A stretch of 64,000 nt of DNA. Origin: Polyangiaceae bacterium (GTDB taxonomy: Bacteria > Myxococcota_A > Polyangia > Polyangiales > Polyangiaceae). Location: NCBI GenBank assembly GCA_033763455.1, contig JANRKO010000038.1, positions 21,204 through 85,203 of the forward strand, in the 5' to 3' direction. Position numbers and translations under genes: made by a program. Shown piece after piece: positions 20,928 to 29,493 of the stretch (position 1 is the first letter of the stretch; the number at the start of each line of letters is the position of its first letter). The notes below the pieces were generated by a model, which was not told the origin of the DNA, did not search any database, and worked only from the letters and a program-made list of their open reading frames with translations.

Positions 20928-21182
20928 TCACGACCCAGCCGCCAAGCCTTGCTCCATGAAACGATGTAGATGAAACTTCAGTTCATTACAGCTTGTAATA
21001 ACCTGAGATCCCTCGCGCTTTAGCCGGTGTTTCAGCACCTGCCAGTAGTTCTGCGCCGCCTTGTAGCTCGCCTGCTGCGTCAACACCTGCATGATGTCCA
21101 CCACCGAGAACCACCAGACGTCGGCTTTCTCGTCGTAGACCCGGCGAATCTCGTGTACCTCGAAAACCGCGAAAGTCTTCAT
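20928..21182 (-). pseudogene. Truncated Bro-N (phage antirepressor-like) protein
   Basis: GGAGG SD; IRRVYD..WWFSVVD..NYWQVLKHRLKREGSQVITSCNELK, after which similarity is lost and the frame stops. Confidence 0.7.
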
Positions 21183-21452
21183 ACTACCTCCCGAATTCGG
21201 CCTAGCACCTCGACGCACTCCGCGTCCAGAACCGCAATCTCGATGCATCGCCGTGCCCCCGCCGTGTGGTGCCGGACCCCGCGGCCTCAACTCTCCCTCC
21301 GCGAGCGTGTTGGGAGTGTGGTCCGAGTACCGCGTGGGTTTTCAGGCTCTGGGCAGCCCGGAGACCATCCACCGTCGAGCTGGCGCTAGCGAGACCGGGC
21401 GGTCCTTTGTCGGATCGAAGTCTTTCCAGTTAGCTTGAGAAAACTTCAGCGC

Positions 21453-21992
21453 CTAGCGGACGAATAGGTCCTTCAGTTCGAGGGTGAAGCCCGGCAACAA
21501 CGGAGACTCAAGCTTGCCTTCAACCAGTTCCCTAACCTGTGCCAAGCCTTCCGCTGCTCGAACTTCTATGGCGCCTGCTTGGTCGATCAGCCAGTACTCC
21601 CGCACGCCGGCTTCCGCGTACACATACCGCTTGGCCACCCGATCGTAACTTCGGTTTAACGACAGTACCTCGATGCAAAGGTCCGGGACCCGATCAATCG
21701 GCCCCTCTTGGTCTGGGGGTAGCTTGCACAAAAAGACGCAAGCATCGGGTTGCAGGATTCTGCCCGGCCCGAAGCGGATATCGAGCGGCGCTTGCGTGAG
21801 AGTCACGGGCTCCGGATGTGTATCGACCCACCTGCCGAGGGCCAGCACTAAACGTCGCAAGATTTCTTGATGTCGAAAGCTCGGGATCGGCGCCATCACT
21901 ACCTCCCCATCCAAGAGCTCCACTTGCTGCATAGACTCCGGGAGAGCCAAGAACTCGGCTTCGGTTACCAGGGAGCGAGCAGCGTTTGTCAC
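21453..21992 (-). CDS. Uma2 family (DUF820) putative endonuclease
   Basis: Motifs ELLDGEVVMAP, LQPD, PDLCIEVLS and K..YAEAGVREYWLID. Confidence 0.9.
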   Translation of the reverse strand: MTNAARSLVTEAEFLALPESMQQVELLDGEVVMAPIPSFRHQEILRRLVLALGRWVDTHPEPVTLTQAPLDIRFGPGRILQPDACVFLCKLPPDQEGPIDRVPDLCIEVLSLNRSYDRVAKRYVYAEAGVREYWLIDQAGAIEVRAAEGLAQVRELVEGKLESPLLPGFTLELKDLFVR

Positions 21993-22135
21993 CGGCGCTG
22001 AGTATAGCTGAAGGTGCTCGGAAAGCGAACCCGCAACGGTTTGAGTCACACGAATTCTACGCGGAGGCCGGATATTTGGACGAGACAAAAAAAACAGATC
22101 GCACGATGCTCCGACACAGAATTAGACTTCGCACC

Positions 22136-23317
22136 ATGCTGGACCAACTACTGCTCGCGACCAAAAAGGGGACGCTCATTTTCGACCGAGAAAACGGGAG
22201 CTGGAAGCCCCGCCCCATCTCGCACCCGGGGCTTGCTGTTAGCTATGTGGCGCGGGACCCACGTGACGGCACCATCTGGGCCTGCATGGACAACGCACAC
22301 TGGGGCCCTGCCCTCTCGCGATCGAAAGACGACGGCGTCACCTGGGAAGATACGAGTCGCATCGCGTACCCCAAAGGAGCTCGCTACATCGAGCAGCTCA
22401 TCCCCAGCCCGGAAACCATGGCGGCAGCAGAACGGCCTATCCAGTACAAACCTGCAGTGCTCATGAAGGTCTGGAGCCTCGGCTTTGCGGGAGAGGATCA
22501 ACCGGGAGTGATCCACGCGGGAACGCTCCCAGGAGGCCTTTTCACCACACGCGATGGCGGCGAAAGCTGGGAGCTCAACCGGCCATTGTGGAACCACGAA
22601 AGCCGCGGTGGAGATCTCTTCGCCGGCGAGGCCACCAGCAAAAATCAGTGGGGAGGCACCCCTGCGGCCATGGCCTACGGGGATTTCGTTCCAGGCATCC
22701 ACTCAGTGGTCGTAGATCCTCGGGACTCGAACCACTTCTACGTTGCTGTAAGTTGCGCTGGGGTCGCAGAAACTCGTGACGGGGGAAAGACATGGGCGGG
22801 CTGCAACCGTGGCATGCTGAATGATTACCTACCCAACCCGGAAGCCGCTTGGGGGCATGACCCTCACCTTGTGACGTTATGCCCGGGCCAACCCAATCGG
22901 CTTTGGCAACAGAATCACAGCGGTGTCTTCACGAGCGAAGACGGCGCCGGAACTTGGAAACGGGTAAGCAAGCCCGAGGTAGCTGTCCACTTTGGCTTTC
23001 CCATTGCCGCCGATAGCAACAGCGGCAACACCGCTTGGGTAGTCCCTCTGCGCGGCGACCAAGAGCGGATGACAGTGGGGGGTGGGCTTTTCGTCGCCCG
23101 AACCGACGACGCCGGCGGCAGTTGGCAAGTATTCCGCAAAGGATTGCCTCAGGAGAATTGCTACGACGTTGTTTACCGGCACGCACTCGACGCGAGTGGA
23201 GATCGAGTTTGCTTCGGCAGCACAACTGGCAACGTGTATATGTCGGAAGATCGGGGAGAAACCTGGAGTTGCCTCGGCAACCACTTGCCACCTATTCACT
23301 CTGTACGATTCGCTTAG
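22136..23317 (+). CDS. BNR/Asp-box repeat beta-propeller protein
   Basis: Repeated SxDxGxTW motifs (SKDDGVTW, TRDGGESW, TRDGGKTW, SEDGAGTW, SEDRGETW); no signal peptide. Confidence 0.88.
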   Translation: MLDQLLLATKKGTLIFDRENGSWKPRPISHPGLAVSYVARDPRDGTIWACMDNAHWGPALSRSKDDGVTWEDTSRIAYPKGARYIEQLIPSPETMAAAERPIQYKPAVLMKVWSLGFAGEDQPGVIHAGTLPGGLFTTRDGGESWELNRPLWNHESRGGDLFAGEATSKNQWGGTPAAMAYGDFVPGIHSVVVDPRDSNHFYVAVSCAGVAETRDGGKTWAGCNRGMLNDYLPNPEAAWGHDPHLVTLCPGQPNRLWQQNHSGVFTSEDGAGTWKRVSKPEVAVHFGFPIAADSNSGNTAWVVPLRGDQERMTVGGGLFVARTDDAGGSWQVFRKGLPQENCYDVVYRHALDASGDRVCFGSTTGNVYMSEDRGETWSCLGNHLPPIHSVRFA

Positions 23318-23320
23318 CCC

Positions 23321-23593
23321 ATGGCTCAGGTAACCTTCACCAAGCATTTGCAGCGCTTTTTCCCCAGCCTCGCCGCTCTAGAGGTACCCGGCGGCAGTGT
23401 GCGCGAAGTGATCGACGCACTGGAGCAGCGCTATCCCGGCCTCTCCGCCTACCTGGTTGACGAAGCTGGTAGGCTCCGCCGACACGTCAACATCTTCGTT
23501 AGGGAAGAGCCTATCTACGACCGCGAGACACTGGGCGACAAGCTCGCCCCCAACGACTCAGTGTTCATCGTGCAAGCTCTATCGGGCGGCTAG
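23321..23593 (+). CDS. MoaD/ThiS family ubiquitin-like sulfur carrier
   Basis: Motif LRRHVNIFV; C-terminal ALSGG. Confidence 0.9.
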   Translation: MAQVTFTKHLQRFFPSLAALEVPGGSVREVIDALEQRYPGLSAYLVDEAGRLRRHVNIFVREEPIYDRETLGDKLAPNDSVFIVQALSGG

Positions 23594-23650
23594 CTGGCGC
23601 GACACGTAAGAAAGATCGACGAATAGAAGCCCAGCGCGCCCCTTCAAACG

Positions 23651-24202
23651 CTACTTTGATGCGGGATGTTTGAATAGCTTACGCTGCAAGCTGCGGCGAT
23701 GCAGGCCCAAGAGGCGCGCGGCCTGGCTGATATTCCCACCCGAATCCAAAAGAACCCGTTGAATGTGCTCCCACTCGGCTCTCGCAAGCGAGGGCACTTC
23801 GTGTTCCGATGTCGAGGGCGCCACGGTGGACGTAGAAGAGCGCTCAAAAGCGGCCAAAATATCGTCGATGTCGGCGGGCTTGGTGAGGTAGTGCGTAGCA
23901 CCCAAACGCACGGCTTCAAGCGCCGTTGCGATACTGCCATACCCGGTCAACACCACAATATTCGTGGTGGTGTCGATTTGCTTGAGCGCTCTTACGAGCT
24001 CAAGGCCTGACATTCCCGGCATCTTGAGATCCAAAAGAGCTAGCTCAGGGCTTTCGGTATGTGCCAAAAGGAGCGCCTGCTCTCCATCAGCCGCAGTGCG
24101 AACTTCGAAACCCCGTTCAGCAAAGGCGCTGGCGAGCCGATTTCGAAAGGTAGCATCGTCGTCGACGAGCAAAAGGGTGCGAGAGGAGTCAGGCACGGGC
24201 AT
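23651..24202 (-). CDS. regA: RegA/PrrA/ActR family response regulator
   Basis: Receiver motifs LLVDDD, DLKMP and LTGYGSIATA; output motif SLARAEWEHIQRVL..GNISQAARLLGLHRRSLQRKL. Confidence 0.92.
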   Translation of the reverse strand: MPVPDSSRTLLLVDDDATFRNRLASAFAERGFEVRTAADGEQALLLAHTESPELALLDLKMPGMSGLELVRALKQIDTTTNIVVLTGYGSIATALEAVRLGATHYLTKPADIDDILAAFERSSTSTVAPSTSEHEVPSLARAEWEHIQRVLLDSGGNISQAARLLGLHRRSLQRKLFKHPASK

Positions 24203-25493
24203 GGCTCTCGGTAAGTGGAAGCTCAATCGCGGCTCTAGTGCCGTGGTTCAGCTTTGAAGTGAACACGAAGCGCCCACCTAAACGCTCTGCAAACGCGGTG
24301 GCCAGAAAGATTCCAAGCCCCATGCCTTGCCCGGGAGGCTTCGTGGTGAAGAAAGGCTCGCCGATGCGCGGCAGCAACTCGGGTGGCACACCGGCCCCGG
24401 AATCTTCCACGACAAACCGCACCAGCCGTTGTTCTACCTCCGCACTCAAACGCACGGGCTTTGCTGAGGCATCGCTCGCGCAGAGGGCATTTTGCACCAA
24501 GCTTACAAGAACCTGTGTGAGCCCTTCAATTGGGCACACGAGCTCGGTTTCGGTGAGAGGCAGCCTCTCCACTCGCTCAGCTTGGGTTGGGCTCAGGCGC
24601 TCGCACGTGCGGGCTAACACTTCGGACGATGTAATTCGCTCGGACGTCTCACCCATCGTTTGCCCCGCCTGAGCGCTCATGCGGCGCAAGATGTCGTGGC
24701 AACGCTCAAGTTCGGCGCGGATCAAACGCGCATCGTCCAACGCTCGTTCAGGGTTTTGGGTGATGAGTCGATCCAACTCCTTGGCGGCAACGGCAATGGT
24801 AGAGAGCGGGGTCCCGAGCTCGTGCGCTGCACCCGCCGAAAGCGTGCTCAGCGAAGCCAACTTTTCGCTCCTTGCACGGGCGAACTCAGCCTCCGCCAAC
24901 TGGGCCTCACGCTCGCGCAAAGAACGAGCAAGCTGCGCTACGAAATAAGCGATGAGCGCCGCCGCAACAGTAAAGGCAACCCACATGCCTTGCAGGTGAA
25001 TCGAGAAGGCGGAGCCACCATGGTGCGCGTGCTCCAAGCCCGCAATCGGAATGTGCCAGAAAAACAGCGTGGCAAAGGCCAAAGAAGCCAATGCCACGAT
25101 ACCCACGGCCCACCACATCCCTAAAACCAATGCCGCGAGCGTAACGTGCACCAGATAAAGCACGCTAAAAGGATTGGATGGGCCGCCGCTCAGGTAGAGC
25201 AATGCGGTGAGCACCAAGGTATCAAAGAGAAGCACCCACCCAATCGAGCGTGTCGATACTTCGGGGCGGCGGGTGAGCCAGAGCGAGATGGCTCCGTTGG
25301 AGGCAGCCGTTGCGAGAACTAAAAACGAAAGCGGAAAAAGCGGGAGCCCTAACTTTAAGATCCAGGCGCTGATCGCTATCGTAAGCGCCTGACCGACCAC
25401 AGCACCCCAACGCAGAGGCACAAGCCAGGCGAGCGAGATGGCGGCCGCCGAGGAACTTGCCGCAACTTTCTTCAGGGGGATCGAACGGGGCAC
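24189..25493 (-). CDS. regB: RegB/PrrB family sensor histidine kinase with a His-rich extracytoplasmic loop
   Basis: LRW motif, SGGPSNPF quinone-type motif, AHELGTPL H-box, GMGLG; loop sequence EHAHHGG..IHLQG. Confidence 0.9.
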   Translation of the reverse strand: MPRSIPLKKVAASSSAAAISLAWLVPLRWGAVVGQALTIAISAWILKLGLPLFPLSFLVLATAASNGAISLWLTRRPEVSTRSIGWVLLFDTLVLTALLYLSGGPSNPFSVLYLVHVTLAALVLGMWWAVGIVALASLAFATLFFWHIPIAGLEHAHHGGSAFSIHLQGMWVAFTVAAALIAYFVAQLARSLREREAQLAEAEFARARSEKLASLSTLSAGAAHELGTPLSTIAVAAKELDRLITQNPERALDDARLIRAELERCHDILRRMSAQAGQTMGETSERITSSEVLARTCERLSPTQAERVERLPLTETELVCPIEGLTQVLVSLVQNALCASDASAKPVRLSAEVEQRLVRFVVEDSGAGVPPELLPRIGEPFFTTKPPGQGMGLGIFLATAFAERLGGRFVFTSKLNHGTRAAIELPLTESHARA

Positions 25494-25532
25494 GCCGCGG
25501 GCGAGGCTAGCCGATTTGGGTCAGAGCGCCAT

Positions 25533-25547
25533 GCGACACTTTGCCGC
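25533..25547 (+). promoter_or_regulatory. RegA/RegR-type box GCGAC-N5-GCCGC
   Basis: Matches the GCGNC-N5-GNCGC consensus; lies between divergent regB and the gene at 25584. Confidence 0.65.
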
Positions 25548-25583
25548 TTGGTCAAAGCGGAAGGGCCGACAGATAGTGGCCAT

Positions 25584-26405
25584 ATGACGGCACTTTTCCG
25601 GCGATTTTCCGCTACCAGCCGGGCCTTGCTGGCGGTGTTTTTAGCCGCTCCCGCGCACGCACAGCACTGCGCGCCTGAGCTTACAGAGGCACCCCCGTTG
25701 AAAGCTACCTTTGCCCTGGCGGCCGCCAGCTATCGAACGCCTCGCTATGAGGGCAGATGGGAAGGAGCACGCGTTGGGCTTGCGGGGTCGTGGGCGCCTC
25801 TTTCGGGGCGAGTTTGGGTACCCGCCTACCGCCTGGAGCGAAACGGGTTGACGTCAACTGGCCTCGGAGACGTGGGGGTTGGAGCCTCAGCCACGTTTTG
25901 GGGCGGTGAATTGAGAGCCTACGGTGGTGGTCTAGATGTGGCCATCACGTTACCCACGGGCGCGCCGGATAAAGACCTCGGCATGGGGCACCCGATGGTG
26001 ATGAGTGGTCCGTTTGGCTCATTGCGGCTCGGGCGCTTTTCACTTGGCGCAGAGCTCACGTTCGCAACCGTACTCAGCTCCGAACACGCGGGCACGCCTG
26101 CCGGACACGACCACGGCGCACACACGCACGGCCCCTCGCCCATCGTCGCGCCTATGAACGGCTCGGAAGCTGAAGCTTCAGCATTGGTTCGTTTCGCGAT
26201 TTCGCCGCACTGGCGCGCGGAAGCCTCGGCCACCGGGGCAACCCCGCTCGCAGCTCATGGTGGGGAGGCGCGCCTGTTCGGCGGCGTTGGGCCAGGCTTG
26301 AGTATGGGGCCTTTGGACCTATTGCTGCGCGTTGAACTGCCATTCTACGGCGATGCTTTTCTGGTACGAACCAGCCTTGCTGCAGGGTGGGCTTTTGGCG
26401 CTTAA
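25584..26405 (+). CDS. Secreted His-rich putative outer-membrane beta-barrel protein
   Basis: Signal peptide ending AHA followed by QHC; GLGD, LPTG..DLGMGH; EHAGTPAGHDHGAHTHG; C-terminal WAF. Confidence 0.7.
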   Translation: MTALFRRFSATSRALLAVFLAAPAHAQHCAPELTEAPPLKATFALAAASYRTPRYEGRWEGARVGLAGSWAPLSGRVWVPAYRLERNGLTSTGLGDVGVGASATFWGGELRAYGGGLDVAITLPTGAPDKDLGMGHPMVMSGPFGSLRLGRFSLGAELTFATVLSSEHAGTPAGHDHGAHTHGPSPIVAPMNGSEAEASALVRFAISPHWRAEASATGATPLAAHGGEARLFGGVGPGLSMGPLDLLLRVELPFYGDAFLVRTSLAAGWAFGA

Positions 26406-26428
26406 GGCGTTTGGCCCAGCTGTCTCGT

Positions 26429-26466
26429 GCGGAGCGCGGAGCGCGAAGCGCGAAGCGCGAAGCGCG
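26429..26466. repeat. 7-bp tandem repeat (GCGRAGC)x5
   Basis: GCGGAGC x2 then GCGAAGC x3, between convergent genes. Confidence 0.8.
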
Positions 26467-26491
26467 CAAAAAGAACACCGAATGCGAGAAA

Positions 26492-27685
26492 TCACCCCGC
26501 ATCTACTAACTTTGCCAACTCAGGCAAATTCCCTAGCCATTTCTTGGCCGCAAGCACCGTGACACCCTGACCAAGCGAATAATCCGCTGCGCTCCGTGCG
26601 ATCACGTACCCCTTTTCACACCCCATATCCCGCATGAAGTTGCGCAGCGCGATCGCCGCATCTATGCCCGGCGCGGTGTGCGTCTTGATCTCGAAAGGCG
26701 TTACGCGCCCGCCAACCTGCACTACCAGATCTACCTCAACGCCTGTGGCCGTACGGAAATAGAAACACTCCGCCCCTAAAGCATAGCGTCCAATACCGGC
26801 CGCAAGCTGCTCGATCACAAACCCTTCCCAACTTTCACCTCGGCCTGGGTTCACATCAAGGCGTTCGCGCGAATGTGCCCCGGTAAAGTAATGCAAAAGA
26901 CCGCTGTCGCGCAGATAGATCTTGGGGGCTTTTGTTAGGCGCTTGGTCAGATTGGGTAGAAACGGAGGCAAGCGTCGAATGAGGAAGGCGTGTTCTAAAA
27001 TATCAACGTAGCGATTTACTGTGTGGTAGCTCATGCCGAGAGCAGAGCCAAAGCGCGACGCGTTCCACTGGGTGCCTTGAGCGTGCGCCAGCATCGCCCA
27101 AAGCTTGCGCATTTGCGCCACCGAAACATCAACCCCCATAACGGGAAGATCACGCTCGATGAAGGTTTTGGAATAGGCGTCGAACCAGTCGAAACGCAGC
27201 TGATCATCGCGAACCAAAGCGGCCTTCGGAAAGCCTCCACGCAGCCACAGATTATCTATAGATATCTTTAGTGAGCTAGCATGAACCTCTTCCCAAGTGA
27301 GCGAGCCTAGCTCGACGAATGCAACCCTGCCTGCCAGTGTTTCCGCGATATTCTTCATGAGCAACGGGGACGCTGAACCCAACAAGAGATAACGCCCGTT
27401 CTTGTTCGGGTGTTCGTCCACAAACCCTCGGAGCACCTCCAACACGGAAGGGACCAGCTGCGCCTCGTCCAAGATGGTTTGGTCCCCAAGGTTTCTCAAC
27501 CGATCTTCCGGATCCGCAAGGAGTGGTTCGCGTTGAGCAGGTCGCTCGACGTCCACGTACGTCCACCCCGGCCTAGCGGACCGAGCGAGCGTCGTCTTTC
27601 CGACTTGGCGAGCCCCTAAGATTGCAACAATTGGAAATTGCTTCAGCTTTCGCTCCAACTCCAACCGGGCCGAACGGGGGATCAC
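26492..27685 (-). CDS. AAA_14/DUF4143 ATPase with a C-terminal PD-(D/E)xK-like domain
   Basis: Motifs GARQVGKTT, ILDEAQ, LLGS, ETLAGR, GGFP, KIYLRDSG and EVDLV..EIK. Confidence 0.92.
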   Translation of the reverse strand: MIPRSARLELERKLKQFPIVAILGARQVGKTTLARSARPGWTYVDVERPAQREPLLADPEDRLRNLGDQTILDEAQLVPSVLEVLRGFVDEHPNKNGRYLLLGSASPLLMKNIAETLAGRVAFVELGSLTWEEVHASSLKISIDNLWLRGGFPKAALVRDDQLRFDWFDAYSKTFIERDLPVMGVDVSVAQMRKLWAMLAHAQGTQWNASRFGSALGMSYHTVNRYVDILEHAFLIRRLPPFLPNLTKRLTKAPKIYLRDSGLLHYFTGAHSRERLDVNPGRGESWEGFVIEQLAAGIGRYALGAECFYFRTATGVEVDLVVQVGGRVTPFEIKTHTAPGIDAAIALRNFMRDMGCEKGYVIARSAADYSLGQGVTVLAAKKWLGNLPELAKLVDAG

Positions 27686-27689
27686 CTTC

Positions 27690-27718
27690 GCAATTTAGAA
27701 TTGGCACTTCTAAATTGC
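27690..27718. promoter_or_regulatory. Palindromic operator upstream of the ATPase gene
   Basis: Perfect 11-bp IR GCAATTTAGAA-N7-TTCTAAATTGC, 4 nt from the GTG start. Confidence 0.65.
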
Positions 27719-27727
27719 AAGATACTT

Positions 27728-27991
27728 GTGCCAAAAAGTCGCTTGCCGGGGGGGCCGGTGTTCTACTATGGCGACAACACAGACAACCCCGAGAAGACCT
27801 ATCTTCTGAACGAGGTACTTCCCACAACCGAGGGCCAAGGAGAGATCTTATTTTGGTTCGGACCCGGCAACGCTAATCGGGGAGAGCTTAGGCACCTCGA
27901 GCTCAGCGTGGACGAAAATGAGCTCAGCTTTGAGGTTTGGAAGGACGCCTACGGCCCGCTTATCTTTACGCTGACCCGTGTCAGCCGTTGA
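27728..27991 (+). pseudogene. Probable 5'-truncated gene remnant or small hypothetical protein
   Basis: Protein-like beta-rich sequence with no RBS; its frame runs back into the ATPase operator. Confidence 0.4.
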
Positions 27992-28110
27992 GCCGCGGCC
28001 CCCGGGCGATTCTGGCGTTCGGGGTCGTAACCTGGCCGCTGCGCGCCCATGCAGCGAGGCTCTGGTGCCCCGCACAGAGCTGACGCTCAGTACAAAAGGG
28101 AACCCGGAGC

Positions 28111-28500
28111 TTAAGGCGCTCCACAAGCTAACCATTCACCAAGCCGCTTGCGCTCGTCGAGGCTGGGTTTCAGATTACCGGGGGGCATCGCCGTGTTGGT
28201 ACCCAAAGGCCCTGCAGCTGCATTGGAATCGATGTGCTCTAACGCGGAGCGAATGCCACCGACAGTGTCAAAGTCGTGGTCGGAGGGGGCACCACTTCTA
28301 GAAGTCCCCGAAAGTGCGCTCGAATGGCAGCTCGTACAGTAGGTCTGCATGAAGGTCTTGCCGAAGCTTTCATAGGTCAGCGTGCTGCCGGCTGCGCACA
28401 CGGCGCCGCTTGGGGTCACGGGCTCGGAGTGGTGGTCATCGTCGCTGCAACCGAAGAGCGCCAAAGCTCCGACTCCAAGCCAATACATCCTCTTGTTCAT
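28111..28500 (-). CDS. Monoheme cytochrome c lipoprotein
   Basis: Lipobox LFGC followed by SDDDHH; CTSCH heme motif; distal MPP; ends WLACGAP. Confidence 0.85.
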   Translation of the reverse strand: MNKRMYWLGVGALALFGCSDDDHHSEPVTPSGAVCAAGSTLTYESFGKTFMQTYCTSCHSSALSGTSRSGAPSDHDFDTVGGIRSALEHIDSNAAAGPLGTNTAMPPGNLKPSLDERKRLGEWLACGAP

Positions 28501-28538
28501 CCGCCATCCTTTACCGAGATCCCTTCTCCGAGCGCAAT

Positions 28539-28553
28539 GTGACAGGATGTCGC
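28539..28553 (-). promoter_or_regulatory. Second RegA-type box GCGAC-N5-GTCAC
   Basis: Ends 38 nt upstream of ATG 28500, close to the 36-nt spacing of the 25533 box. Confidence 0.55.
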
Positions 28554-28595
28554 AGGGTCCCGAGATCCCTTGAGCGTGGCTTCGTACCATTGCAA

Positions 28596-29081
28596 TCAAC
28601 GTCCTATGTAGATGCTGCGTGCCACGTAGCAACAGGTATCGTCGCCCTGGGGAGCGGAAGTCTTGATATCCGCTACGCTGTGGGGTGTGAATTGGGCCAG
28701 GATGTCGAGCCAATTCGGAGGTTCTTGGTACACCACGCACACTCCGTCTGCGGGCGCCCGTGTGCAGAAATCGAGTCTTGTATGAGGGCCGCCGCCGCCC
28801 GAGAGAAGGGGCTCGCTCGACTCACAGGAAATAGCACCTTGTCCCGCCGCCAGCTCACACAAGGGCTGGGGGGTAACGGATGCCCCGAGGTCGACCTGAA
28901 TCGTCGGCGCACGCGGATCTCCGTTGCCTAAGTCTGCAGCGCCCGCCCTTCCTCCTCCCACGCCATGTCCCACGCCGCCGGTACCGTCGACACTGGCGCG
29001 AGGCTCGTTGGAGGGTGAATGGCCACACGACAGTGCCAGCAACGCGATGAGCCAGCCGCTACGGCGCAGTTCAGGAAGCAT
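28596..29081 (-). CDS. Cys-rich hypothetical lipoprotein
   Basis: Lipobox ALSC; Gly-rich linker; C-terminal CCY..YIGR. Confidence 0.7.
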   Translation of the reverse strand: MLPELRRSGWLIALLALSCGHSPSNEPRASVDGTGGVGHGVGGGRAGAADLGNGDPRAPTIQVDLGASVTPQPLCELAAGQGAISCESSEPLLSGGGGPHTRLDFCTRAPADGVCVVYQEPPNWLDILAQFTPHSVADIKTSAPQGDDTCCYVARSIYIGR

Positions 29082-29245
29082 GGGACATGCTACCGCATTT
29101 GACGCGTCCCATCGACCAGAGATCGAGAAGTTCACGAGCTCTCTGCGACCTCGGTGCTCGCTAACTTCTTTTAACTGGCGTTTTCCTCACGCGGACGCGT
29201 GGCTTGCCTGTCGCCCAATCGACGTTAGCAGAACGTCTCCAACTT

Positions 29246-29280
29246 GGTGTCAATTGTCAGTTCCATTTACAATTGACACC
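29246..29280. promoter_or_regulatory. 12-bp perfect inverted repeat in a divergent intergenic region
   Basis: GGTGTCAATTGT-N11-ACAATTGACACC. Confidence 0.55.
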
Positions 29281-29493
29281 TCTGCTGACCCAAATATCTC
29301 AAAATAGCAGCACTTCCAGCTAGTGAGCGAAGGCTTCTTGAGGCGCTCGAATCCCTCCTCCCCACGAGTATCCCCTTTCCCGACAAAGGCCCGAAAGCGC
29401 GCTCGAATGTCGCAGGGTCCGGGAGGGGTCCCCGGCTGCCGTGCTTGAGTTCAGCGACCAAGTAAGGTCTGCTGAGCACGGAGTTGTAGAAGG

